Source: Tubiluchus corallicola
Lineage: Eukaryota; Animalia; Priapulida
Reading direction: 5' to 3'
Length of the DNA: 64,000 nucleotides
Assembly: GCA_030141605.1 (NCBI GenBank)
Contig: JAQGDQ010000937.1
Span: forward strand, 1 to 64,000
Shown here: in pieces, positions 50,077 to 63,205 of the stretch
How positions within the stretch are numbered: the stretch's first letter is position 1
How the letters are laid out: each line of letters starts with the position of its first letter
Notes under the pieces: generated by a model
The model's database searches: none
The model's input: the letters and a program-made list of their open reading frames with translations, nothing else
What the model was told of the DNA's origin: nothing
Translations under genes and position numbers: made by a program

Positions 50077-50270
50077 TTCTTAAACAATCCGCTATATAAT
50101 AAATTTTTTATTTCGTTTTTATTAGGAAAACCCAACATTTCTACTGCAAACTAGCAGTCATCTTCAGGAAATAAATACACCTGATGACAACCGCTAGTTT
50201 GCAGTAGAAACGTTAGCTTTTCCTAATAAAAATTTAATTAAAATTCATTATATAATGGATTGTTTAAGAA
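50077..50270. ncRNA. Inverted pair of Penelope-like terminal fragments, each with a minimal hammerhead-ribozyme-like core
   Basis: ~92-bp arms around an 11-bp spacer. Plus arm: cCTGATGA-caaccgctagtttgcagta-GAAAcgtt. Minus arm: cCTGAAGA-tgactgctagtttgcagta-GAAAtgtt. Confidence 0.6.
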
Positions 50271-50673
50271 GTTGTTTAATACTTGATTCGTGTGAGATTG
50301 CATTGTTGGTCAGTCATAAATCATTTTTAGATGTTACAGCATCTAGAGAAGCTAGTAAAGTTCTTTCACTGTTATTGTTAGTGCCAGTGGTTTGATAGTT
50401 TGTGTAATGTTGACAGTGTAATTGTAATTTTTGTATAGAACTATGGCCGGCTCACATGTTGCCTAACTAACACGCGAAAATAAGATTTCTCATAGTGTAA
50501 CAGCTGGCACTATTTTCAGTGTTTTTATGTTTACCCATGTAATGTTAGTATGTGTGTCAACAATTTATAACTTAACTGTGTCTGGATAAGAACTTTTCGT
50601 ATTTTTTAAATGCTATGTGCTTATTTGTTTATCTATAGCTGGGTTCGTTTATGAAAAGGTACGTTTTGCTTAA

Positions 50674-50812
50674 CCCTTGTAGAGTTACGATTTTTTACAA
50701 GCGATTTTGGTAACCGGGGGGGGGGGGTAAAAATTACCCCCACTATAATTCGTAAATTACTTTTGATAAACCGCCGTGTTTCATTAGCAAACAGCAACAG
50801 CATAATTTGTGA
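50674..50812 (+). mobile_element. Left end of an older piggyBac-type MITE copy
   Basis: TTAA-cccttgtagagttacg...ggggtaaaaattacccc...cagcataatttgtg is homologous to 51912-52053. Confidence 0.7.
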
Positions 50813-51373
50813 TAAAAATATAAAAATCGTAAAACAATCACGCAGTTTTAATGAGTCGTGTGCAGTATGACTATGACAGAGACGCTAATGACATCATGCG
50901 TACGTTTTACAAAGTCACTTAGATCTAAACGGTAAAACGGCAAAAGTATAGTAGCGAATTTGGCCGCTAAGCGGCAGCACCTTACCACAACACTCATTTA
51001 CAAATCCTCTTGGAAATCACATAAGCAACATTATAAAACAGTTCAAACTGTAAGTTCTATAAACGTTCACTAGAAAGAAAACCAATGTAAGCTATCACTA
51101 CGATGGTTTTCAATGGTTTACTACTAAAGTGATGGTTTATCGCCAAAAACTACCGTAAAACTACTTCAAAACTACACTAAATGCTATCACAAAAGTTTGG
51201 AATTCATCAACCTCTACCCGGCAAAACCAAATCTTCCAGAACGATAACCCATGATCAAGATTAATCGTTTCCTAGCATGGAAGAACTGGTACAATAATTT
51301 AAATTGCTATTATATAAGTTAAATTGTTTGTTAAAATGAGTTACAATATTTTCAACAAAACTATTACAATTAA

Positions 51374-51907
51374 AGGAAAACCGGATGATTGTGTAAACAT
51401 GAGTTCAGAATAAAGAATGCTCTAAAATATTGAAAACTACAATAGCCTTTTTTAAATCAAAGCTTAGATTAAATAATAAGTACCTCAGATACTCAAATTT
51501 CGTTAAATTTTCAAAGCTACTCGCGGCTCAGTGAATCTACTAAGATTGGCAACGGCGCCTTTTGTCACATGCGTGTGGCCAACAAATAGAAGGCGGTACC
51601 GTGATAAACATGATGTGTTAGTTTCTGACGTCATATGACGTAGCCCCCATTATTCGTGACATCATGCGTTTAAGCAGCACTGTAATACCTACGCAAATGT
51701 GCTTGTCGTGCAAGGGAAGACACGTGTGATTGCACAAATTGTGATTAGTTTCTGACGTAAGCAATAATTGTGTTCGATTGCTGTTAATTAACTTTCTAAG
51801 CTAATTATTCAAATATAAGAAATTGCTAACTTTTATAGGAAAGAAAACGTACATTTTGGACAGTAAATTAAAATGAGATTGAGTCTAAACAATCGTCCGG
51901 TTTTTCT
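51374..51907. mobile_element. Kolobok-like MITE, TTAA target duplication
   Basis: ttaa|aggaaaaccggatgattg ... caatcgtccggtttttct|ttaa (18-bp TIR with 2 mismatches); another right end at ~56297-56318. Confidence 0.7.
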
Positions 51908-51911
51908 TTAA

Positions 51912-52461
51912 CCCTTATAGGGTCACGATTTTTACAACCGATTTTGGTAACCTGGTGGGGGGGGGGGGTAAAAAATTACACCCAACCATATTTCGTAAAT
52001 TAGTTTTGATAAACCGCCGTGTTTCATTAGTAAACAGCAACAGCATAATTTGTGGTTATGCTGACCACCATAGGATACATTATACCTCTGCTTAAACACA
52101 TGTGACTTACTAGTAATACGAAATTTAAATTCACTTAGTTACGTTCCCTTATCTATGCTGGAATAACTGTAGACAACCGACATTGCTAGCGCGTGTGCAA
52201 AAATCATTGTTATTTTGAATTTATTGTCTACTACTTTCTTCTGTTACAGATGCATCACCCGTATAATGTCTAGACAAGCAAAGTAAAGTTTCGACAATTT
52301 TAAAAAATCGGCATATTGCATTTTCACTTGTATTTCGTGGTGAGACAATGCGCCTAAAATAAATAACTGAAAGTATTTTGTGCACAAAACACATGGTAAA
52401 AGGGTAAAATGCAAAAAACCGGTCTGGGGGTAATTTTTACTCCCCGGTGACCCTATAAGGG
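51912..52461. mobile_element. piggyBac-type MITE (550 bp)
   Basis: TTAA|cccttatagggtcac ... gtgaccctataaggg|TTAA: perfect 15-bp TIR with CCC/GGG ends, TTAA TSD and subterminal inverted motifs (gggtaaaaaattac / gtaatttttac). Confidence 0.88.
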
Positions 52462-52867
52462 TTAATACACTGATATTTCGGTTTGCCGGGGGCATTTACG
52501 GATAACGGAAGAACCAGACAAAATCTGAACCATTTAAAAGTCCCATATACTACTGACACAATCCGTTGTTTCGCGAGCTAACCGCTAGATGGCAGGCTGT
52601 CACTTTGCTTAAACCTTGCTTATGCTTATAAACTAACTGTACTTAACTCACCACCTAATTCTATGACTTAACGTAATTGTTTCTACATATATTATAGAGT
52701 ACAGAAGCGAAGCAAGACGACATAAAGATGGTAAAAGCTCATTGGTCACGTACATGTACAGAAAAAATATAGACTCAATTATGCAAAGTTATTTGAGTCA
52801 TTTGTCAACAGTTTATATGTATTTTTGCATAGCAGCGGCTTGTACTAGACATTTTCGAGACATTTAG

Positions 52868-53250
<383 letters not shown>

Positions 53251-53499
53251 ATTTTATTACATTGTGATAACAATTCTGTTATTTAAGCAATATGATGAAT
53301 TGATATTAGACGTTTTGAAATTTGCAGTTTCTCAAAATAGAATCATATTTAACTTTTCCATCTCTTCTATACAAAACACTTGAACGTTGCAGTTTCTCGA
53401 AATAAAATCATATTGAATTAAACTTATAGCATCAGCAATTATTCTGTCTCTTTTATACAACAATTCTATTATATAAAAAATTAGGCAGCAGAAATACTT

Positions 53500-54010
53500 G
53501 GACATGTGAGATTTAACGATAAAAAGGTTAAAGATGATGAGATAGAAGCTTTGTCTGCGAATCAGAAAGTTTTGAAAGATAAAATTCATCAATGTAAAAA
53601 TTTAGCAGAAATTGATGTTCTTAAGAAGAAACGCGAAGAAATTCCAAAGCAAATTCATGAAAAGCTAAAACAAATAGAAGAAAAAAAGGTGACTGGCATT
53701 GCAGAAGAAATTGAGCAAACAAAAAATGATTCCTCTAGGCATTTTGAAGTAATACGTGCAGACCTTTCAAACAAAGAAAAAATTGATTGTAGAAGGAAAT
53801 GATGGTCTAATTACTGATGCTGAACAGCAAACTGAAGCCATAGCAGAATTTTTTCAACGAATTTTTAATGATGAAAATGCAGTTGGGGTTAATAGGACTC
53901 CAATGAAAGTTCCTTTTCCTTAAGAATAAGTAAAGCATGCGGCAAAATCATTGAAAAACAACAAAAGCCCGGATGCTGATGAATTAAATGCTGAGTCAGT
54001 CACGTATGAA
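53500..54010 (+). pseudogene. Degenerate LINE ORF2 fragment (RTE-like), region preceding the RT domain
   Basis: KKKREEIPKQIHEKLK...AEEIEQ...LITDAEQQTEAIAEFFQRIFN...AKSLKNNKSPDADELNAE resembles the K(S/A)PG.D...AE pre-RT motif; stops and frameshifts are present. Confidence 0.7.
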
Positions 54011-54019
54011 TCAGATTTA

Positions 54020-56200
54020 TTTATGAAGTTTATCAAGCGTCTATACATTAGCTTCTCAATGATCTTAGACAGTATTGGCAAAACTGAAAGTGGTCGGTAG
54101 TTAACAAATAGGTTACGTTCTTAGTTTTTATAAACTGGTGTTACTTTAGCTATGTTTAGTCCTTTAGGTACGACACCTGTCAAAAAAGATAATTAAAAAG
54201 GTTGGTAAGTGGTTCCGTGATTACATACGGATTTTATAACATCAGCAGTTACGCCGTCATAACCAGGACTAACATTAAATTTTAATGACATAATTAGCTT
54301 TACGACGTTATGGCTAGTAGCAGCAATGAATATAGATTCAATGATCATGCGAGGTTGTTAAATAATCACAGTACCTTTTTTGCAAATTGATATACGGAAT
54401 AGAGTTTGCAATATTGCGCCCAACATTTACAAAAAAAAACTATTGAATTTATTCACTAACTCATTTGGATCACTTATTTCAATGCCATTATGTAGGAAGT
54501 AAATTTGGCTATTGCCCGTAGGCTTATTTTTATTAATGATCTGTCTTAACACTTGCCATGATTTAGATTTGTTGCCCTTGTTTTCTTGAATTTTGGCTTG
54601 GTAAACTTTCGTTCGGATAACCTTATTTAGATTTGTAAATTTCTTTTTATATTGCTTGTATTCCTTCAATAAATTTTGAGAAGCACATTTTAGGTATTCT
54701 TTATACATAACATTTTTTCTTTTAACGCTACTTAACAAACCAGGAGTAATCCAGGGTTTTCCTAGATTACGAGTTTTACAAGGTTTTAGAGGAAAACACG
54801 TTTCATAACATTTTAACAAATTATCTTGAAATGACGTGTAATCAGTCTGGCCATTATTAGAGTCTAAAATATTGTTCCGCGCAATACTTTGTAACATTCT
54901 TTTTAATTTATCTTTATTTACTTTATTAAAAACGCGTCTGTAAAACGACAACATACACACTAATTCAGAATTCATATACCCACGGCCATATTAATTAAAT
55001 CATAGTTTTTGTTTTTTTTTATTTTTTTGTATATGGTTGTAAATATGTTTGATTTTATTCGTCATTACTGCACAGTAGTTTAGATTGCACTGACGCATTT
55101 GCCTTCAGCAGTGTAAGTTTTTATTAACTAACACTGATTGATTATCTCTATAAAGTTTTTATCAGTGATTATCAATGTTTTTAATGGCAAATAAAGATTA
55201 TTATATATATATATATATATATATATTCTTTTGTTTGTTTACTGCCAACATCTGCAATACAGAAAACAGGGAAATGATCAGAGATAGTCGTACATATGAT
55301 CCCATTATTACTTTGCTCTATACCAAGACAGCTAAAGTCATTCATATTATCAATGAGAGTTGCAGTGGAGTTAGTAGCTCGAGTTGGTTTGTTTATCAAA
55401 GGGAAGTACCCATAAGAATATAGAGTTTCCAATAATTCATGTGTTGGAGTATGTTCATTAAATGTTAATAAATCTAAGTTGAAGTCTCCTAGAATGAAAC
55501 ACTTTTTATTCTCGTGTATTATTACTTCTAAAATGCAGTTTAGCTTTTCATTAAAATTTTCTATATTTACACCATAACCAGGAGGCCTGTATATAATGCC
55601 CGCTAGCACATTTTTACGACTCATAATCGGACTTTTAACTTCGACACACATTATCTGACATATTGGCTCGTTGCAATTTCAAACATTTCTAATATCAAAA
55701 TCTAGGTGGTCCTTTACGTAAATAGATACCCCCCCCCCCCACCACGCTGCCCAGTATCTCTAGTTTGACTAACGTGATTATAGCCTGGAATTTCGTAAAG
55801 CATAGAATTTTCATTTGTTAACCAAGTCTCAGAAAAGCCAAATTCACGATTAATGCTTTTCATGTAACGTAACAGTTCGTTTATATTGGCTTGAGTACTT
55901 CTTATATCTAAATGCAACAGTGATAGGTGGCAGGGACTATTTACTTTGAGACCCAAAAGAGCATTGTCATTATAGTAAGGACAGTTTAATGACGCACTGT
56001 TGTAACAGTTACTGTCACCATCTACCTCTCTTATTTTATGTTTTAAAGATTCTTCCATTTCAAAAGGCGAGAATACTAATTCATTGATTTTTTCAATATT
56101 AATAAAGTACGAGTCTCTATTAATCGCGATTAAACAAACTTTATCATTATCTAAATGATTAAAAGCAAATAATTCGTCATTACACGCACATGACACGCCC
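54020..56200 (-). pseudogene. Degenerate CR1-like LINE ORF2: APE endonuclease plus linker, truncated before the RT core
   Basis: LLHLDIRS, FSETWL, GGG, GIIYRPP, ILGDFN, KPTR, TLIDN, SDHFPV (APE); KPWITPGL; SPGYD, AKVTPVYK and NYRPLSVLPILSKIIEK across frameshifts. Confidence 0.92.
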
Positions 56201-57640
56201 AGTTTTCATTTTTCACTGTATTATAATCTGAGATATAGATACGTGTGCAATTTTAATGGTGGTTATTGAAGCAGAGGGAGCAAATGAGCAAATAAACAAT
56301 CGTCCAGTTTTCCTTTAATTTAAAGCAAAATTGGTCCCAATCTTAAATTGTTGCTCAAAACAATCTATTCTTTAAAATATTGAAAGGAAACGTACTATTT
56401 TTTTCAAAAATGACTTACGTGAAAGAATTATTACCACACAAATACAATTTCACGTTCGCGCCACTAGTTCTTCGCTGTTACGTGCATTTCGCCATTCGCT
56501 AGTTAGACGGGCACTAGCAACTGCATTTCGGAAACGGATTGCACAAAAAACAGGTGCTATACCTAGTTAGACAGACAGTAAGGGCTCAGACTGTCTTGCA
56601 AAATTTCTCTTGGATGCATTGTAGATGCTTTCGAAAACATTAATAAAGATCCTTCTATTAAAGTTGGACTAATGATGGAGCTTCTGGTGAAGTTTTAAAC
56701 ACGAAAACTTCGTTTTGTAACGCATAGATGGCGCTCGTCTAATTATCGTCGCTTGTTTTTCGTAGATTTGATACTTATTCAAAATTACTACTTATAATTA
56801 TAAGATTAACTTATTACTAAAAGAAAGATAATCACAAATAATTTGTTGTCATTGGAAAATGCTTTTATATTCGTTCATTGTTGCAAGAAAATGAATTTAC
56901 AATTAAAAACAAGGAGGGTTTGATTAATTACATAAAAAATTTATACTGGAGGTGAATCTTTAGACTGAACTGATCACTGCCATTACCGTAGCCGTATTTG
57001 CAGCACGTGGAGATGGTTCTTTAGGAAAAACTGATAAATGTACAACCGTAAAGTAATCACGACTTTAAATTGATTTTACTAATTACACGAGATGCTTATC
57101 ACAACTTTATTGCTGAAACTTTCTAACATTTTAAGATAAGTTCAGCTTGCCGAGAGACATGGCTTTTACTTTAAATTTAGACCAACTGACAGGTAGTGTG
57201 TCGAAACAGAAACACGTATATATTACAGTATAAATTTTATATGAATTCTGAACTATGTTTTCCATTACTAAATACCGGTAATGCCTACGAGGTTGAAACC
57301 GTGTCAGTATTTTAGGATGTCAAATCAGACGTGATCCTGCAAGCTAAAATCTTAGTGCGTCTATAACATATAGGTTTATGGCCTTATTTTCGTTGAACAT
57401 TTTTACAACAGTAAATTACTGAATACCGCTGATGCCTACAGGGAATAGTGTCAGTATTTTATCAGGTCAAATTATACGTGTTCATACAAGTCAAAATTCA
57501 GTATGGTATAGAAAATGTTTACAACCTTTATGAGTTTCTTTTCGTTGGACCTACATAAAAACGTATCGCAAATTATGTATGATGCAAATTAAGCATAAAA
57601 CAATGTAAGTGCAATTAAATTTAACTACAAAAAATGCAGT

Positions 57641-58504
57641 GCACCCTCTCAAGGGAAGAATATATATATAGACACCATCTCAAGGGAAGAATTTACATAT
57701 ATATATAGGCACCCTCTCAAGGGAAGAAAATATATAGGCAACCTCTCAAGGGAAGAATATATATATAGGCACCATCTAAAGGGAAGAATATATATATATA
57801 TAGGCACCATCTAAAGGGAAGAATATATATATATATAAGGCACAATCTCAAGGGAAGAAAATATATATAGGCACCCTCTCAAGGGAAGAAAATATATAGG
57901 CAACCTCTCAAGGGAAGAATATATATATAGGCACCATCTAAAGGGAAGAATATATATATATATATAGGCACCATCTCAAGGGAAGAAAAAAAATATATAT
58001 AGGCACCATCTCAAGGGAAGAAAATATATATAGGCACCATCTAAAGGGAAGAATATATATATATAAGGCACCATCTCAAGGGAAGAAAATATATATAGGC
58101 ACCCTCTCAAGGGAAGAATATATATAGGCACCCTCTCAAGGGAAGAATATATATAGGCACCCTCTCAAGGGAAGAATATATATAGGCACCATCTCAAGGG
58201 AATAATATATATAGACACCATCTCAAGGGAAGAATATATATAGGCACCATCTCAAGGGAATAATATATATATAGGCACCATCTCAAGGGAAGAATATATA
58301 TAGGCACCTTCTCAAGGGAAGAATATATATAGGCACCATCTCAAGGGAAGAATATATATAGGCACCATCTCAAGGGAAGAATATATATAGGCACCATCTC
58401 AAGGGAAGAATATATATAGGCACCATCTCAAGGGAAGAATATATATAGGCACCATGTCAAGGGAAGAATATATATAGGCACCCTCTCAAGGGAAGAATAT
58501 ATAT
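57641..58504. repeat. ~29-35-bp minisatellite (ggcaccatctcaagggaagaa + variable (TA)n)
   Basis: Roughly 28 units with a constant core and a variable TA tract. Confidence 0.95.
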
Positions 58505-58887
58505 GTTATAAGTTACATGTTTATTTATTTCAACTCTGCATCTAACAATTATAATAAAAATACAGATAATTTCACGGAAGTAAATATAAATATAAATGCA
58601 ATATTATCCAGAAATTACAAAAGAGATTCTTATGCAGCATATACATGTGCAAATTACATTACAGAATAATTTTGATGCATACAGTTTGAGCCTAAAAGCA
58701 TAGCTTGACAGGCCAAACTGTACGTGGAAATCTTAAAAAAGTGATTAATAATTGAAATAATGATAAAATATACATAAAATTGGGGAGAGTAGTGAATGAA
58801 AGATGAAATGGAGCGAGAACTAAGAAAAACTGTGATCATGTATATATATATATACCTTCTCAAGGGAATTATGGCAATATGGCTAAA

Positions 58888-58935
<48 letters not shown>

Positions 58936-59325
58936 AATGATAATGACGACAACGATGACGATGACGATGATGACTATATATTTACTTATAGATAAAACAA
59001 CTCCGACAACAAGAACAACAACAACAACAATGATGATGATGAGGAGGAGGAGGACGTCAATGACGGCGATGATGATGATGATGATTATATATTTACTTAT
59101 AGATAAAACAACTCCGACAACAAGAACAAGAACAACAACAACGACGATGAGGAGGAGGAGGAGGAGGACGTCAATGACGACGACAACGATGATGATGCTG
59201 ATGATGATGACTATATATTTACTTATAGATAAAACAACTCCGACAATAAGAACAACAACAACAACAAGAACAAATACAAGAACAACAACGATGATGATGA
59301 TGAGGACGACGATGACAATAATATT
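58888..59325. repeat. Compound trinucleotide repeat (GAT/GAC/AAC/GAG) organised as three ~120-bp higher-order units
   Basis: tatatatttacttatagataaaacaactccgacaa occurs three times between triplet runs. Confidence 0.92.
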
Positions 59326-59626
59326 TTAAACTGGAGTTTAAGTTAACAGCGATCGTTTATATACATAAGCTTTATTTCTATACTGGGCATAATACATCAC
59401 CATTTACAGACACCAGACAGTCAGAATTCTAATATAAAACTAACCTACCCTTCAGGGAGGTAAACACTTCAGGTAGAGACTAGCTGCCACTAGAAATTAC
59501 TTTGCCAATGGCTTTTCAGCTTCATTTCTGTTTACACACGTGACTAAGCATCATTATTACCCGTGTATTAGTGTGTGTAACATGGGATGTAATGAAAACT
59601 GTTAAGATCGGGCTGTCTGTCATTTA

Positions 59627-60214
59627 AAGGAGAAGACAAGCGAATTTCAAAGTACAAAACGAAGAACTTGCCCTCCGTTGTTACAATACTTAACGTTAAC
59701 GCTTTTTAAAGGAAAACTAAGCCAAATTATAAACTGCAGGTCAAGACAATCTACTCTTTAAAATATTGAAAAGGAAACATACTATTTTTCCAAAAATGAC
59801 TTACGTGAAATAATTATTACCACAAAAACACAATTTCGTGTTCGTGTCACAAGTTCTTCACAATTACATGCGCATCGCCATTCGCTAGTTAGACGGACAC
59901 TAGCGCCTGCATTTTTGAAACTCATTGTACAAAGAACAGGTGCTGTACCTCTCAGTTCAGATGTGTTAGTTGTGACAGTAACACTGTACTTCAATTTTCG
60001 CTTATGCAAACACGCTCGTGGAATATTTTTCCTGTTGAAAATTGTTAGTTTGTGATGTCATCAGTAGTTGGACTCGCCCACCATTAACCATTAATTAACG
60101 TTTTGGTCCATTATTTTGTTACCAGAAACGCTTTTGAGTATTAATTGTGTTTAAAAGTATACTTTTTATTGGGATTAAAAATAGGGAAGTATATGAAAAT
60201 CATCGTGTCTTCCT
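59627..60214. mobile_element. Kolobok-like TTAA MITE(s), probably nested
   Basis: ttaa-aggagaagacaagcgaatttca ... tgaaaatcatcgtgtcttcct-ttaa, with an inner ttaa-aggaaaac at ~59706 homologous to 56320-56560 and 40640-41140. Confidence 0.5.
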
Positions 60215-60813
60215 TTAATTGTAAGATGACTAAAAATTAGCAAGGTGAAAGAGCAACAGTTGAAAAAGCTCGCCCCACAAACCGAGGTACGTTGCCCATG
60301 TAGGAGAAATAAAGATTTTAACTCTATTATTTTCATGATTCTTTTGCATCCCAAGCAGGTCTGATTTGTACGTAAATGGCACTGTAACAAATACATGACT
60401 ATCATATGGCCTTATATATCAACAATAAACAACAATAAGCTCTGAAAACTGAACAATAATAAATAAAAATATGAGAAAATAAATTAACATTAACAAATAC
60501 TTATTACTATTACTACTGTTGCTGCTGCTGCTGCTGCTACTGTTGGTGCTACTGGCTGTATTCATTCGCAATTACTGTTGGCAGTTAATGAAAAAGTGAA
60601 AACTGGTGAAAAGGTGGACTAGTTTGTGCGATAGACAGAATATCGATTTTATAAGTAGAACAGAAGTAGATTTGTAGTATATACACGTAAAACAGAATGG
60701 ACCCCAGAGCTTGCCCCGAGGGAACAATTCCTGTTTCGTTTTAAATTGTTTTATGTCCAGTTTGTTTATGGGCTCCATAGGACGATCATTTGGGTTACTA
60801 ACCCGAAATTGCC

Positions 60814-60821
60814 TATTTAAA
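60814..60821 (+). promoter_or_regulatory. Candidate TATA-like box (TATTTAAA) ~100 bp upstream of the ATG at 60918
   Basis: cctatttaaacgc; position is compatible with a short 5' UTR. Confidence 0.35.
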
Positions 60822-60917
60822 CGCTGCTATGAGACGAAAAGTTCACATACATCTGAGCCTCACAGCAATTAACAATAGTTGTTTTAATTATTGTTATTAT
60901 AGTGATTACAGAGCGCA

Positions 60918-60950
60918 ATGGCAAACGGTTTAGTAATTACAGCCATATTA
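60918..60950 (+). CDS. Exon 1 of a secreted protein: MANGLVITAIL
   Basis: gcaATGG Kozak context, 33 nt, then a perfect donor gtaagt (phase 0). Confidence 0.65.
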
Positions 60951-62289
60951 GTAAGTATAAATCTATTTTAAGTAAAAATACTACAATAAGTAAAAAAAAT
61001 TTATGAAAGAAACACTTGTTTTGCATCTTGCACAGTGAATTTGTGGTTTTTTACAATTTAATCGCTCTTGCAATCATGTATATCATTCATCGTGCACTTG
61101 TTCTTTTGTCTTTTGGTGACCTTTCTCTTCTCTTTTTAATTTTTTTGTTATTTTAAACTGTTCATTTCTATATTTAGACTATTATAATGTATGCTTAATT
61201 TATCAGTCATTTTAGAAAAAATTGAAAAATCAATTTATGTATGAATAATTCTCACAATAATATAATATATGCTAGGCAAATCTCGTCAGTGTGACTGTAT
61301 GATTCGTTGTTAATTTGCAAACTTTGCTCGTAATTTCACAGATTAGATGATGTCAAATATGAAGTTAATTTTGGACGTTGAATTTTCATTTTGCTTACGC
61401 ACAACTTGTCAGTTTGAATTTTGAAAAGTCAAGTGAAACCTCGTTTCTGGAAGATTAAACAAATTTATTTACATCATAATGCAAATCGATATTGTAAACA
61501 AATGCAAAATATGCAGAAAGTGTTGCCTGGCTTTTGCCAAAGTTCCTTTTTACTTCCACGTTGAAATAGTTTGTATTTCTTTTCTACTGTGATTCCAATA
61601 TTTTTAATTGTACATTAAAATGCAATAAACGCTGTTCGAGGGTTGGTTCTGCCATTGGTGTATATCACGGTATTTTCAATTATAATAGCAGAGTTTGTAT
61701 TCATACCAAACTCGACAATACCACAAATTCCATACCCCTAGGTGCAAAACCAATGTTATGAAACATTCTGTCACGTACAGTGGTGCTAAAATGTGGAATA
61801 ATTTACCCAGTGAAATAAAATAAGCGAGTAATATAAATAAATGAAACTGCTAAAAAACATTTACTAGAAACGTGTGATTTGAGAAATCATGTAACATGTA
61901 AATTTTTTACCGTAATTATAAATTTTATCGCACCCATTTGCATCCATTTTACGTGCACTTTTAATTATTTGCACATTCTGTGGGTTTTTATTGTACAAAC
62001 CATGTACTATGTATTCTGTACTTTTAGCTGTAATTTTACTTTCTATACATTGTCGATATATCTTACAATGTTTTTAATGGACATAATTTATAAGTCTCAT
62101 GACCTCTGTTCATAGATGTATTGCATACAAATAAATAAAATAAAATAAAATAGACATATTTACGCTTATTTGTTGAAGCAATCAAGTTCTCGTAACTACA
62201 TATTGTAAACTGTGTAGTTGTACTTGTAATATCATAATCATATCATAATTATTAATTTTGGCTTCCTGCTAAATCGTTAATCTTTTCAG

Positions 62290-62416
62290 GTTCTGACAGT
62301 TTTCCTGACGTTCCTGAACACAGGAACTAATGGCGAATACAAGGGTGTGAAACATGTTGCCAAGCTTCCTCATCTTGCTCCGAAGGTTAGGAAAGCTCAC
62401 AAGGCTTTAGAAAACG
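62290..62416 (+). CDS. Exon 2: VLTVFLTFLNTGTNGEYKGVKHVAKLPHLAPKVRKAHKALEN(x); gene continues beyond the window
   Basis: Acceptor tcttttcag|G, donor ACG|gtaaga. Open in phase 0 and completes a signal peptide with exon 1. Confidence 0.7.
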
Positions 62417-63002
62417 GTAAGAAAAATATGCCTTAATGAGAAAGACCCGATTACAATTACCTTTCTTTTTGCTTCTTCTAAAGAGTGATATAACAACTGA
62501 CGTCAAGCATTCTCGTTGACTACCCAATCAGCTTGCAAAATTTTTCACCTCCCTAAGAGCTTAATTAACGCCAGCGCTTTAGGGACATATAACTGCAGCT
62601 GCGTATTGTCGGGCATCTAATACTGTTATGAAAAATGCTCAATTTCTCATTAGTTAGCGGGAGAAATGTTGGCCTGGTTCTAGATTTTATTATTGTCAAT
62701 TGGAATTTGCAAGTGAATTGCTGAAAATATATGGTCCAGTTTCCTTTATTGTAGGAAGAAATGCACAATGCTTACTAGATTCGTTTATTATAGTTTGATA
62801 TGCAGTTTAGTTTAGTTTATGACTTTGCAAGTTAGACAAAAGCAACTATTTGACCTATTAACCTAAACTGGCTATATCATCGCTTTTTGAATTTGTAGTT
62901 TGCAGTTCAACGATGTGTAATTTTAACAGCAATAAAGAATTTTATTTCATTATTATTATATCCAGAAATATAGCATAAAATAAAGTAATATTACGTTATA
63001 AT

Positions 63003-63004
63003 TA

Positions 63005-63074
<70 letters not shown>
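63003..63074. repeat. (TA)n microsatellite
   Basis: Direct reading. Confidence 0.97.
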
Positions 63075-63077
<3 letters not shown>

Positions 63078-63205
63078 ATACAGTGATATATAATTATAAA
63101 TTTTGACCACATTTGATTTAATTTTATTGTGAAGATCTCATTGAGGTTTAAAAAAACTGGCCAGAAAGGAAAATTTCTGAAAACATTTGGCATATATATG
63201 AGATT

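Noticed and set aside
58796-59329. 177-aa poly-M/T/R ORF; also 63129-63779, 52845-53198 and 39972-40364
   Set aside because: Microsatellite or minisatellite translations.
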